DNA of 64,000 nt from Leptospira biflexa (GTDB taxonomy: Bacteria > Spirochaetota > Spirochaetia > Treponematales > Rectinemataceae): assembly GCA_020721875.1 (NCBI GenBank), contig DYLX01000001.1:41995-105994 (forward strand), written 5' to 3'. Position 1 is the first letter of the stretch. Every line of letters starts with the position of its first letter. The translations under genes and the position numbers were made by a program. The notes under the pieces were generated by a model, which saw only the letters and a list, made by a program, of their open reading frames with translations, had not been told where the DNA came from and made no database searches. Shown here piece by piece: positions 46,361 to 55,488 of this stretch.

Positions 46361-47500
46361 GTGAAGCGTGTCGTCGTACTCGGGGCCGGTGGTTCGATCG
46401 GCAGGCAGACAATCGATGTCATCCGCCAGAGCTCTTCGAGCACGCATAGACTCGAACTTGCTGCATATACGGTCCACACCAATGCTGATGAGGTTCTTGC
46501 ACTGAAGCGCGAATTTCCTCTCGCCGGAGCCGCGTGGACAGGAGACCCACACGCCGCTCCGGAAGGAACCGAGTGGGTTGGCCCCACTGCCTTAGAAGCT
46601 CTGCTTTCTTCAACCAAGGCGGATATCGCGGTGAATGGTATTGCCGGAGCCGCGGGGCTCTCCGCGTCAGTGTTGGTGCTTAATTATGGAATGGATCTCG
46701 CCCTCGCGAATAAAGAGTCGATTGTCATGGGCTATCGACTTCTCAAGGAACTGGCGGATTTGCATGCGAAACGTATTTTGCCGGTCGACTCCGAGCATGC
46801 AGGCCTCTTTCAACTGATTCAACGCATTGGTGCCTCGGTTATTACCGATTTAACGATCACCGCCTCCGGCGGCCCATTTCGAACGCTTCCTCTCGATCAA
46901 TTACCTCATATGACGGCGGACGATGCGTGCAAACACCCAGTATGGAAAATGGGTAGAAAAATTTCCATCGATTCGGCTACCATGGCGAACAAGGGCCTAG
47001 AACTCATCGAGGCCTCACACTTATTCGGCATGCAGCAGCGAAACATACATGTCCTCATTCACCCTCAGAGCTACGTACATGCGATGGTGAGAACACTCGA
47101 TGGCGCACACTATGCGCAAATTTCAAAGCCTGATATGCGCTTACCAATCCATGAGGCGCTATTCTGGCCGGAAGAAGAGGCCTCTCCCTTCGGCATTGCC
47201 GATCTCGTAGGTAGGTCGCTGGAATTTTTTGAGCCTGAAGAGAAACGCTATCCTTTGCTTTGGATCGCACGTGACGCGATTGATATGGGCGAGGCCGCCT
47301 GCATTGCTTACAATGCTGCGAATGAGATCGCGGTCGATCGCTTCACCAAGGGGCAGCTGGGTTTTACGCGCATTGCGGAGCTGGTTTCTAAAGTGCTTGA
47401 GCGCAACTGGAATTTGCCGATTGACTCCTTCGAGGATATATTCGATATCGATATGAAGGCACGCACCATTACCTCTGATCTTGTGGAGCATCTCGCATGA
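46361..47500 (+). CDS. dxr: 1-deoxy-D-xylulose 5-phosphate reductoisomerase
   Basis: VVVLGAGGSIGRQT NADPH motif, LANKESIV and DSEH motifs. GTG at 46361 preferred by N-terminal alignment; the ORF opens at TTG 46328. Confidence 0.9.
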   Translation: MKRVVVLGAGGSIGRQTIDVIRQSSSSTHRLELAAYTVHTNADEVLALKREFPLAGAAWTGDPHAAPEGTEWVGPTALEALLSSTKADIAVNGIAGAAGLSASVLVLNYGMDLALANKESIVMGYRLLKELADLHAKRILPVDSEHAGLFQLIQRIGASVITDLTITASGGPFRTLPLDQLPHMTADDACKHPVWKMGRKISIDSATMANKGLELIEASHLFGMQQRNIHVLIHPQSYVHAMVRTLDGAHYAQISKPDMRLPIHEALFWPEEEASPFGIADLVGRSLEFFEPEEKRYPLLWIARDAIDMGEAACIAYNAANEIAVDRFTKGQLGFTRIAELVSKVLERNWNLPIDSFEDIFDIDMKARTITSDLVEHLA

Positions 47501-48849
47501 TCACCATTCTCCTTGGACTTATCGGCCTCTCGCTCGTCGTGATTGTGCATGAATTTGGACACTTCGCAATCGCGCGCATAGTCGGCGTCAATGTAGAAGC
47601 TTTTTCTATCGGCTGGGGGCCTGCGATTCTCACCAAACGCGGAAAGCGAACCGAGTGGCGGCTCGGCATTCTCCCCATTGGCGGCTACTGCAAACTCAAG
47701 GGCGAAGATAGCTTTCGCACCGCGCTCGACCAGAATCTTGCCGCAATTCCCGCAGAAGCTGGTAGCCTGTACTCAGCGCATCCACTCAAGCGAATTGCAA
47801 TCGCGATAGCTGGTCCCGCCTTCAACATGCTCTTCGCGGTCTTTGTTTTTATTATCGTTGCGGCGATCGGCACCTCGATACAAACGGCTCCTCACCGAAT
47901 CGTCCTTTCGAGCGAAACTGGCGCCCTACTTCAGAGCGATGCGCAGAATCCCGCGAACGCCGCGGGATTGCAAACAGGCGATATCATCACCGCGATCGAT
48001 GGACAGCCCATCGGCGATTACAGTGATCTTCAGCAGATTATCGCGAGTAATCCCAATAAACCTCTCCACCTTGTTGTCGTGCGCGATGGATCGAACATCG
48101 ACATCACAGTGACTCCGCGCCTCGATCCGAACTCCGGTGCGGGGATGATCGGTGTGTATGCATGGATCGACCCCGTAATCGCCGCCGTAAAAAGCCAGAG
48201 CCCCGCCGCAATCGCGGGCCTTGAACCCGGCGACCTTATCACGGCGGCTGACGGAAAATCTGTGCGAAACACTATCGACCTCATGAACGCACTGAGCGCA
48301 TCGAGCGGAAAGGTTGCCCTCACCGTGCTTCGCAATAATCAGCCTATGACGGTCACCATTGTTGCGAAAAGCCTCAGCGATACTGGTCTGCAGTTCAAAA
48401 GCATCGTAAAAACCGACAAGGCGACTTCCTTCCCCGACGCGATTGTCCGGGGTTTCAAAGAGACAGCATCGACCTTCACTCTTACACTGAAGAGCATTGG
48501 CCTCCTCTTTCGTGGTGTAAATGTCTTTAAAGCCATTTCCGGGCCTGCGCGGATCACATACCTCATCGGATCTGCAGCCACCGAGCAGTTCAAGGCGGAG
48601 GGACTGGCTGGGCTTGTGCCCGTCTTGAGTTTTCTCGCCTTCTTGTCGGTAAGTTTGGCGATCATGAATCTGCTGCCTCTCCCCATCCTCGATGGAGGGC
48701 TTATTCTGATGTTCATAATCGAGCTTCTGCGTCAAAAATCGCTCAGTCCAAAGACGCTTTACCGCTATCAGTTTGTGGGCGTAGCGCTTGTGCTGGTGAT
48801 TTTCGCCATTTCAACACTGAGCGACATCTTCTTCTTCACCGGGAAATAG
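47497..48849 (+). CDS. rseP: RIP metalloprotease RseP (site-2 protease, M50) with PDZ domains
   Basis: HEFGH zinc motif in TM1, two PDZ-like segments, C-terminal NLLPLPILDGG motif. Confidence 0.9.
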   Translation: MITILLGLIGLSLVVIVHEFGHFAIARIVGVNVEAFSIGWGPAILTKRGKRTEWRLGILPIGGYCKLKGEDSFRTALDQNLAAIPAEAGSLYSAHPLKRIAIAIAGPAFNMLFAVFVFIIVAAIGTSIQTAPHRIVLSSETGALLQSDAQNPANAAGLQTGDIITAIDGQPIGDYSDLQQIIASNPNKPLHLVVVRDGSNIDITVTPRLDPNSGAGMIGVYAWIDPVIAAVKSQSPAAIAGLEPGDLITAADGKSVRNTIDLMNALSASSGKVALTVLRNNQPMTVTIVAKSLSDTGLQFKSIVKTDKATSFPDAIVRGFKETASTFTLTLKSIGLLFRGVNVFKAISGPARITYLIGSAATEQFKAEGLAGLVPVLSFLAFLSVSLAIMNLLPLPILDGGLILMFIIELLRQKSLSPKTLYRYQFVGVALVLVIFAISTLSDIFFFTGK

Positions 48850-48980
48850 GCGCGCCGCAACGCTTGTCCTAAGGCGAATTTCAAAGCTCATTCCAAGATG
48901 CGTATCATGGCGCCTCGCCTCACGCCGCCGGTAAGCCTGCATACTCATGAGCTGCGGACATTCTGAACGTAAGCCATGCG

Positions 48981-50324
48981 CTATTTGTGCTCGTGGCGGT
49001 CCATGTTGACGAATTTCGCGTAACTATTTTTAAACCATACCGATGTTCTGCCAATCGGGCCGTTGCGCTGCTTTGCGACGATGAGGTCGGTTTCGATCTG
49101 GTCGCTCTGTTGATCGTGGTTCTTCGTCATCTCGCGCTCGCGGTGCAGGAAGAGAATGAGGTCGGCATCCTGCTCGATCGAGCCGGATTCACGCAGATCA
49201 GCGAGTGTGGGCTGTTTGCCTTCCGCTTCGCGCTTGAGCTGAGACAGCGCAACCACAGGGATGTTAAGTTCGCGCGCAAGTGCCTTAAGGCTGCGAGATA
49301 TAGCCGAAATCTGCTCCCAGCGGGGCAAATCCGCGTTCTCGTGCGTGATCAGAGTGAGATAATCAATAAAAAGTATCTTGATGCCGCGCTCGAGGACGAG
49401 CCTGCGTGCCATGGTCCGCAACTCGAGGAGCTTCATGTTTGGCATATCAACAATATAGAGCGGTGCCTCGTAGATTCGGGCAGCTGCCTCCATTAGGCCA
49501 TCGTAATCTGTCGTACGAATTCTGCCGGTGCGAATGCGCTCGGCGGGAATCCTTGCCTCTGAGGAAATCAGTCTGAGCATGATCGCGGACTCGGACATCT
49601 CAAGTGAGAAAAAGGCAGTTGGAATTTTAAGATCGATCGAGGCGTGCGCTGCAATGGTGAGCGCAAGCGCGGTCTTTCCCACCGAAGGTCTCGCTCCAAT
49701 GACAATAAACTCAGAATTCTGAAGACCGCTCGTCATCGCATCGAGATCGGTGAGGCCGGAGGGCACACCCGTAAAGGCTTCAGGATTCGTGCTGAGTTTC
49801 TCGATGAGGAGCATGGTTTCCGTGACAATTTCCTTAGCCGAGTGATATTCCGCGGTTCGCCTATTTTGAGAAATTTCGAAGATCTTCGCCTGAAGCTCAT
49901 CGAGCACACGGTCGATGTCCATCGTCATTTCGTACGACATGGCGGCCATCTCCGCCGAGAGCTGTACGAGACGACGGCGGGTTGCCATCTCCTGGACAAT
50001 CCGCGCGTAGTACTCGATGTTTGCAGCGGAGGGGGTGAATGAGGCGAGACTGGCGACATAGGCCGATCCACCCACCCTCTCGAGACTTCCTCGACTCCGC
50101 AACTCCTCTGCGATGGTGATGAGGTCGGGCTTGAGCCCTTTCTCGTGCATGGCGAGCAGCGCCTCGAAGATCTCCTGATTCGCGGGCTCGTAGAAACTCT
50201 CAGGCCTCAGTAATTTTAAAACATTGTTAATGGACTCAGGGTCGAGGAGAAGCGCTCCAAGGCACGCCTGTTCGGCGTCTCCATTATAGAGGGGTAATGT
50301 ATCTTTGAGTGTCTGTCCTGCCAT
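48981..50324 (-). CDS. dnaB: replicative DNA helicase
   Basis: DnaB N-terminal domain (AEQACLGALLLDP), Walker A GARPSVGKTA, RecA-like C-terminal domain. Confidence 0.95.
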   Translation of the reverse strand: MAGQTLKDTLPLYNGDAEQACLGALLLDPESINNVLKLLRPESFYEPANQEIFEALLAMHEKGLKPDLITIAEELRSRGSLERVGGSAYVASLASFTPSAANIEYYARIVQEMATRRRLVQLSAEMAAMSYEMTMDIDRVLDELQAKIFEISQNRRTAEYHSAKEIVTETMLLIEKLSTNPEAFTGVPSGLTDLDAMTSGLQNSEFIVIGARPSVGKTALALTIAAHASIDLKIPTAFFSLEMSESAIMLRLISSEARIPAERIRTGRIRTTDYDGLMEAAARIYEAPLYIVDMPNMKLLELRTMARRLVLERGIKILFIDYLTLITHENADLPRWEQISAISRSLKALARELNIPVVALSQLKREAEGKQPTLADLRESGSIEQDADLILFLHREREMTKNHDQQSDQIETDLIVAKQRNGPIGRTSVWFKNSYAKFVNMDRHEHK

Positions 50325-50363
50325 TGGGACCGCCTTGTGAAATTGAATGAGCGCGCAATCTGC

Positions 50364-50392
50364 ACTCTATATGCACCAGCCTTCGGGGTCAA
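50364..50392 (-). promoter_or_regulatory. putative dnaB promoter
   Basis: Minus strand TTGACC (50392-50387), 17-nt spacer, TAGAGT (50369-50364), located after the rplI terminator. Confidence 0.45.
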
Positions 50393-50408
50393 GCGAAGAA
50401 GTCGGATG

Positions 50409-50438
50409 AAAAAATGCCCACCCCCCTCGGGGATGGGC
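50409..50438 (-). terminator. intrinsic terminator after rplI
   Basis: Minus strand GCCCATCCCC-GAGG-GGGGTGGGC (9 bp with one bulge) followed by ATTTTTT. Confidence 0.75.
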
Positions 50439-50506
50439 AAATACAGGCTTATAATGCGTGATATTTTTTACTTTTCGTGGTGCAGAGCCGCCACCAGGGA
50501 TAAAAC

Positions 50507-51100
50507 TTAGTTCAACTGACCGCGGTTGACAGCAGCCTCAAATGCAGCAGCCTGCTCCTCGGCGGTGGCTGGCTCGGTCTCGACGCGCTGGCGCCGAACG
50601 CGGGGCTTTTTCCCCTCGCCGCTTTCAGACTTTTTCTCCTCAGAAGATGCGACAGCCTGCGCTTCGACAGTGCACTTGAGAATCGCCTCTTCCTTCTCGT
50701 AGAGGTGGATGAGGACTTTGTAGTTCCCCACGGATTTGATGGATCTTCCAGGCACTTCGATCTTCTTACGGTCGATCTCGATGCCTTTTTTTAGAAGCTC
50801 GTCAGCAACACTGTGGTTTGTCACGGCGCCATAGAGCTTGCCGTTATTACCGGCGGGCATCGTGATGACAAGCGTTTCAGCCTCGATCTTCTCCTTAAGG
50901 GAGCGAGAGGCAAGACGCTTCTGTTCCTTAATCGCGAGAATTTCCGCCTGGCGCTTCTGAAGCATTCCTGCGGTCTTTTGGTTGTAAACCATCACCAGTT
51001 TTTTAGGCAGGAGATAATTGCGGGCATACCCGGGAGCAACTTCCCTGATGTCACCAATTTCTCCTAAATTTTCTATGTCCTGATTCAATATAACTTTCAT
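50507..51100 (-). CDS. rplI: 50S ribosomal protein L9 with about 50-aa charged C-terminal extension
   Basis: MKVILNQDIENLGEIGDIREVAPGYARNYLLP is the conserved L9 N-terminus. ATG at 51100; the longer upstream ORF has no support. Confidence 0.9.
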   Translation of the reverse strand: MKVILNQDIENLGEIGDIREVAPGYARNYLLPKKLVMVYNQKTAGMLQKRQAEILAIKEQKRLASRSLKEKIEAETLVITMPAGNNGKLYGAVTNHSVADELLKKGIEIDRKKIEVPGRSIKSVGNYKVLIHLYEKEEAILKCTVEAQAVASSEEKKSESGEGKKPRVRRQRVETEPATAEEQAAAFEAAVNRGQLN

Positions 51101-51102
51101 GT

Positions 51103-52095
51103 TCAGGCTCCTTTGCGAATTCGATATTGCAGCCACACCTCCGATACACCGAGGACCGGTAAAAGGATGGCGATGGCAAGCCCAACTTTTGTGTCGAGCA
51201 ACATGAGTGTGACCAGCATCACCAGCGTAAGGCCGATGAGGCGGCGTAATCCCTTTGACGTTAAAAAATGTGAAATGAACGATACACCCTGAATCGCATA
51301 CCACGCGGCGGCGGTGAGCGAGAGATTCCATGCGAGCATCGCGATAAGGCCGCTCAGTTTTCCATAGAGCACCGCGAGAAGGAGTCCCCATGATGCGATG
51401 CTCGGCCACAACAACCACGAAGGGACGTTATAGAACGAGGAAGGAGCCTCTTGCCCATGGTCGCTGATCTGAATCCTCATCGAGTTTAACCTCGTACCGA
51501 GCCACCAGCTGCCTGCAAGAATAAGCCAGATTGCCGCGCCGAAACCGTTCATGATTACCGAAACGGCAGGACTGACATAGCGCTGCTCTATCGCGGAGAC
51601 ATCGAGTTCCGTGACACCCTTTGTTCCTCCCGCCGAAGCAAGAAGTTGAGAAATCATCGCGGCGATAGAAGACTGGACTTCCTTCGTACCTATACTGGCT
51701 TCCAGAATGAAGCCAAAGGCGATCGAGAGCGCAATGGTTGTTAGGGTCATTTTTATCCAAGTCTTTAAAGCAATACAATTCAAGATGCAGATTGCGAGCA
51801 AAAACACGGCTGGGGGCAAGAGTGTTTCCGCGAGCACTGACGCTTGGAGAACTCCATAACTCGAAAGCCGAAACGCATTACCAACCCCAATGACGACAAT
51901 CGATGTGAGCAGAGAGAAGAAACCCTCTTTTTTGCCCTCTCTGCTGAAGATGTATTGAATGGGGATAAGGAACGCGACCGCAAGGAAGCCACTCGCATAG
52001 AGGAGCCCCGACAGCAATCCCGATCCCAGGAAAGGCGGGAAGTGCCGAGCCCTCATACGGGAACTCGCGGGGGTCATTTCGTGCTGGGCTTCCAT
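51103..52095 (-). CDS. DUF2232 (YybS-like) polytopic membrane protein
   Basis: About 8 TM helices. Position between rpsR and rplI mirrors yybS in Firmicutes. Its stop lies 2 nt from the rplI start. Confidence 0.6.
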   Translation of the reverse strand: MEAQHEMTPASSRMRARHFPPFLGSGLLSGLLYASGFLAVAFLIPIQYIFSREGKKEGFFSLLTSIVVIGVGNAFRLSSYGVLQASVLAETLLPPAVFLLAICILNCIALKTWIKMTLTTIALSIAFGFILEASIGTKEVQSSIAAMISQLLASAGGTKGVTELDVSAIEQRYVSPAVSVIMNGFGAAIWLILAGSWWLGTRLNSMRIQISDHGQEAPSSFYNVPSWLLWPSIASWGLLLAVLYGKLSGLIAMLAWNLSLTAAAWYAIQGVSFISHFLTSKGLRRLIGLTLVMLVTLMLLDTKVGLAIAILLPVLGVSEVWLQYRIRKGA

Positions 52096-52132
52096 GCTCT
52101 TTGTACGCTCTCTCAGGGGTATTTCTTGAAAA

Positions 52133-52450
52133 TCACTTCACCACATAGGGCAACAGCGCAAGAGCTCTGGCGCGTTTAATGTGGACTGCGAGCATACGCT
52201 GGTGCTTTGAGCAGGTGCCGGTGATCCGGCGTGGAAGGATTTTTCCGCGCTCGGTGGTATAGCGTCGCATGAGGTCTGCGTCCTTGTAGTCGATCTTCAC
52301 ATTCTGCGTGCAGAATCTGCACACTTTCTTGCGGAAGAAACCTTTGCCTTTGCGCGGGCCATTGCGGTCATCCTGGTCCCTGCGTATATCCTGCTGATCG
52401 GCATCGCCACGCGATACCTTCGCTTCTTCAATATCTTTCATCTCATCCAT
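52133..52450 (-). CDS. rpsR: 30S ribosomal protein S18 with acidic N-terminal extension
   Basis: CRFC...IDYKD...[18 protein letters not shown]...KHQR motifs. ATG at 52450 behind a GAGGAG RBS. Confidence 0.9.
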   Translation of the reverse strand: MDEMKDIEEAKVSRGDADQQDIRRDQDDRNGPRKGKGFFRKKVCRFCTQNVKIDYKDADLMRRYTTERGKILPRRITGTCSKHQRMLAVHIKRARALALLPYVVK

Positions 52451-52463
52451 AGTAATCTCCTCA

Positions 52464-52916
52464 TTAGAACGGAATGTCATCGGTGAATTCATCGACGCTC
52501 GGGGAAATCGGCGCGGGGCTGTTCGAAGATTCCGGCCTTGGTGCCGCACTTTCGGAGGGATATCGTCGACCATTCATATCCGAAGCCTGAGGCGGAGAGC
52601 CAAGCGGGCGAATTGTCGATGCGACGATCACTACTTTTGATCGCTGCTGACCATCCTTCTCCCAGCGGTCCTGGCGAAGTTCTCCCTGTACCGCAACCTG
52701 GCGGCCCTTGAGGAGATACTTGCTCAGTCCCTCCGCGCTCTTGCCATAGAATTCGATATCGAAATAGTGCGGCTCATCGACCCACTGATCATCCTGCTTT
52801 TTCGAGCGGTTTACCGCGATGGAAAACCGGCAGATGGGGAAGCCGGATGGTGTGTATTTAAGCTCACTGTCGCGAGTGAGACGTCCCACCAACACAGCAA
52901 CATTGATATCGCTCAC
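52464..52916 (-). CDS. ssb: single-stranded DNA-binding protein
   Basis: OB-fold N-terminus ([21 protein letters not shown]) and acidic C-terminal tip DDIPF. Confidence 0.95.
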   Translation of the reverse strand: MSDINVAVLVGRLTRDSELKYTPSGFPICRFSIAVNRSKKQDDQWVDEPHYFDIEFYGKSAEGLSKYLLKGRQVAVQGELRQDRWEKDGQQRSKVVIVASTIRPLGSPPQASDMNGRRYPSESAAPRPESSNSPAPISPSVDEFTDDIPF

Positions 52917-52949
52917 GATGTGCTCCTTTTTCCAAAGCCCAGAATGGCG

Positions 52950-53231
52950 TTATTCTTCAATTTTGACGACGAGGTGCTTCAAAATTGATGGGCTAAGTTT
53001 GATTGCGCGCTCGAGAGTGGCGATTGCATTCGGCTCCATATTCATGCGGTACAGCACATAGTGCGCGCGCATCTTTTTGGCAATGGGATATGCGAGCGGT
53101 CTATCTCCCATATCATCTTCTTTGACATCAGTCGCCTTGAACTGCGCGAGCAGCTCGGCAACTGCCTGTTTGCCTGCCTTGAACTGATCTTCTTCAGAGT
53201 TCAAGACAGCGACAAGTTCGTACTGTCTCAT
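52950..53231 (-). CDS. rpsF: 30S ribosomal protein S6
   Basis: MRQYELV... N-terminus, 93 aa, first gene of the rpsF-ssb-rpsR order. Confidence 0.9.
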   Translation of the reverse strand: MRQYELVAVLNSEEDQFKAGKQAVAELLAQFKATDVKEDDMGDRPLAYPIAKKMRAHYVLYRMNMEPNAIATLERAIKLSPSILKHLVVKIEE

Positions 53232-53310
53232 TCATTCCTCCCTGTGGACGTACGCGCCCGTACGGGCGCTCATGATCCGGTGGCTAGGACCGGATAAAGA
53301 GGGCCTTGTC

Positions 53311-53339
53311 TATATATCATAAAAGGATGCAAAGAGCAA
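53311..53339 (-). promoter_or_regulatory. putative rpsF operon promoter
   Basis: Minus strand TTGCTC (53339-53334), 17-nt spacer, TATATA (53316-53311). Predicts a structured leader of about 70 nt. Confidence 0.45.
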
Positions 53340-53350
53340 GCGCCGACCGC

Positions 53351-53379
53351 TTGCACGACAAACATTTTGCCCGCATAAT
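53351..53379 (+). promoter_or_regulatory. putative hisS promoter
   Basis: TTGCAC (53351-53356), 17-nt spacer, CATAAT (53374-53379). Confidence 0.45.
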
Positions 53380-53429
53380 AGTGCCGCTTTTGCTTTTTTA
53401 GCCCAGGTCGATCATCATTTGGAGTTATT

Positions 53430-54740
53430 ATGCCGACTATTCAGCCACGGGTACTCAAAGGTTTCCGCGATTCTCTCCCTGAAATGGAATTGATGCGTGC
53501 GGCGCTGGTAGACAAGCTTGAGAAAGTTTTTAATCTGTTCGGGTTCGTGCCAATCGATACCCCGGTGCTCGAGTACGCCGAAATATTGTTAGGGAAAGGC
53601 GGCGGCGAGACTGACAAGCAGGTGTACCGCTTCCGCGATCATGGCAATCGCGATGTTGCGATGCGCTTCGATCTCACGGTCCCCTTTGCGCGTTTTATGG
53701 CGGAACATGTTGATCAGCTCTATCTCCCTTTCCGACGCTACCACATCGCGAAGGTCTGGCGCGGCGAAAACACGCAGCGCGGACGCTACCGTGAATTCAT
53801 GCAGTGCGACTTCGACATTGTAGGCACTGACTCCGCCTCGGCGGATGCTGACATCCTGCTCACCGCCGCGGAGGCGATGAAAGCCCTCGGTGTCGGCGAT
53901 TTTATGCTCAGAATCAACCATCGTGCCCTCTTCAACAGATTTCTGGCGCATATCGAAGCCCAACAAGTCTCGACAGAAATTCTCCGTACTGTCGATAAAC
54001 TCGAAAAAAGTGGCACGCAGGCTACGATCGATCTCCTCTCAACCCTTATCGCCCCGAATCTTGCGCAGGAAGTGATCGCGTTTATCCAAAAAGAAGACAG
54101 CTTCGAAAAAACGCTGGACAAGATGCTTTCGTACTGCACACCAGGCGATGTCGAGGCTTCAATAGCCCGCGATCGGCTCCGCGACATCATGGACTGCGTC
54201 AGCGCAGCCGGCTATGAGCAGAATGTGGTGCTCGATCCGAGCATTACCCGAGGGCTCGACTACTATACCGGCATGGTGATGGAGACAAGCCTTACCGTGA
54301 TGCCCGAGATTGGTTCCGTGTGCTCGGGCGGCCGCTACGATGAACTCGCCAATCTCTACACCGAACGCCGATTACCTGGAGTCGGCGCCTCCGTGGGCCT
54401 CGACAGGCTCATTGCCGCGCTTGAGGCTACTGGCACCGCATCGAAAACAGACATTTCGACCGAAATTCTCATCATCAACCAGGAGAATGCCACCCTGCGG
54501 GAGCTGCACGCCCTCGCGGCAAAACTGAGAAGTGCAGGTTACTCCACCGAGGTGTTCCCAGAGACAAAGAAACCGCTCACGCAGTACACTTACGCTGAAA
54601 AAAAGCGCATCCCTCTCGCGATATTCGCAGCCAGCCCGAGCGGTCCCTTTACCCTGCGTGTACTCTCTCGGCGCGAAAATCTCGATGTGAGCGATTTTGA
54701 AGGATTGCGCGGCATACTTGAACGAGAGCTGCATGGATAG
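53430..54740 (+). CDS. hisS: histidine--tRNA ligase
   Basis: Class II aaRS motifs (RGFRD, YRFRDHGNRDVAMRFDLT, FRRYHIAKVWRGE, GGRYDEL, GVGASVGLDRL). Confidence 0.95.
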   Translation: MPTIQPRVLKGFRDSLPEMELMRAALVDKLEKVFNLFGFVPIDTPVLEYAEILLGKGGGETDKQVYRFRDHGNRDVAMRFDLTVPFARFMAEHVDQLYLPFRRYHIAKVWRGENTQRGRYREFMQCDFDIVGTDSASADADILLTAAEAMKALGVGDFMLRINHRALFNRFLAHIEAQQVSTEILRTVDKLEKSGTQATIDLLSTLIAPNLAQEVIAFIQKEDSFEKTLDKMLSYCTPGDVEASIARDRLRDIMDCVSAAGYEQNVVLDPSITRGLDYYTGMVMETSLTVMPEIGSVCSGGRYDELANLYTERRLPGVGASVGLDRLIAALEATGTASKTDISTEILIINQENATLRELHALAAKLRSAGYSTEVFPETKKPLTQYTYAEKKRIPLAIFAASPSGPFTLRVLSRRENLDVSDFEGLRGILERELHG

Positions 54741-55452
54741 GACTGAACCTCAAAATCTCGAACCAAGGCCCGATGGCAGAAGGCTTCTCGATGGAAGCGT
54801 GCACTCTTATGTGCTTCGCTCTGGGAGAATGACCGACGCGCAGCGCCGCGCACTTGAGATATTTGGTCCCGATTTTCTTGTAGAATATCGCGAGGCTGAA
54901 CTCGACATCACCACGCTTTTCGCTGAGCATAAACCGCTGATCCTCGAGATCGGTTTCGGGATGGGTCAGGCGACTTGGCGCATCGCCCGAGACCGGCCTC
55001 AGTTCAACTATATAGGAATCGAGGTGCACACACCTGGCGTTGGGCGCCTTATCATGGATGCCAAAGCCGCGGGGCTCACCAATCTCAAAATCATCCAGCA
55101 CGACGCGATTGAGGTTCTCCGCTCGATGATACCGCCCGCAAGCCTCGCCGGAATTCACGTGTTCTATCCAGATCCATGGCCGAAAAAGCGTCACCACAAG
55201 CGAAGGTTTATGCAAGATGGGGTCATCGAGCTCATGGCTCAGAAACTTGTACATGAGGGATATCTCTACTTCGTAACTGATATCGAAGAGTATGCGCGCT
55301 TCTCGAAAGAGTCGCTGGATCGGTGCGCGCTACTGCACACTCCTTTTGAGAGCTTTGCACCGTATCAAGAATGGCGACCTGAGACAAAGTTCGAGCACCA
55401 CGCGGCACATTCGGGGAGAGGCAGGTTCGAGCTTCTCTATACCCGCATCTGA
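54733..55452 (+). CDS. trmB: tRNA (guanine46-N7)-methyltransferase
   Basis: LEIGFGMG SAM motif and FYPDPWPKKRHHKRR motif. The ATG at 54733 overlaps the hisS stop. Confidence 0.9.
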   Translation: MDRTEPQNLEPRPDGRRLLDGSVHSYVLRSGRMTDAQRRALEIFGPDFLVEYREAELDITTLFAEHKPLILEIGFGMGQATWRIARDRPQFNYIGIEVHTPGVGRLIMDAKAAGLTNLKIIQHDAIEVLRSMIPPASLAGIHVFYPDPWPKKRHHKRRFMQDGVIELMAQKLVHEGYLYFVTDIEEYARFSKESLDRCALLHTPFESFAPYQEWRPETKFEHHAAHSGRGRFELLYTRI

Positions 55453-55488
55453 AGCTCCATATCACGAATCAGCGGAGAATGCTTCGGA

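Noticed and set aside
48850-48980. Small ORF or sRNA in the rseP/dnaB convergent gap
   Set aside because: Only a 22-codon ORF with no RBS. No convincing hairpin or terminator.
50507-51418. 303-aa version of the rplI ORF, and the 146-aa version of rpsR (52133-52573)
   Set aside because: The conserved L9 and S18 N-termini begin at internal ATGs (51100 and 52450). The one at 52450 has a good RBS. The upstream parts would overlap the preceding genes (DUF2232 and ssb).
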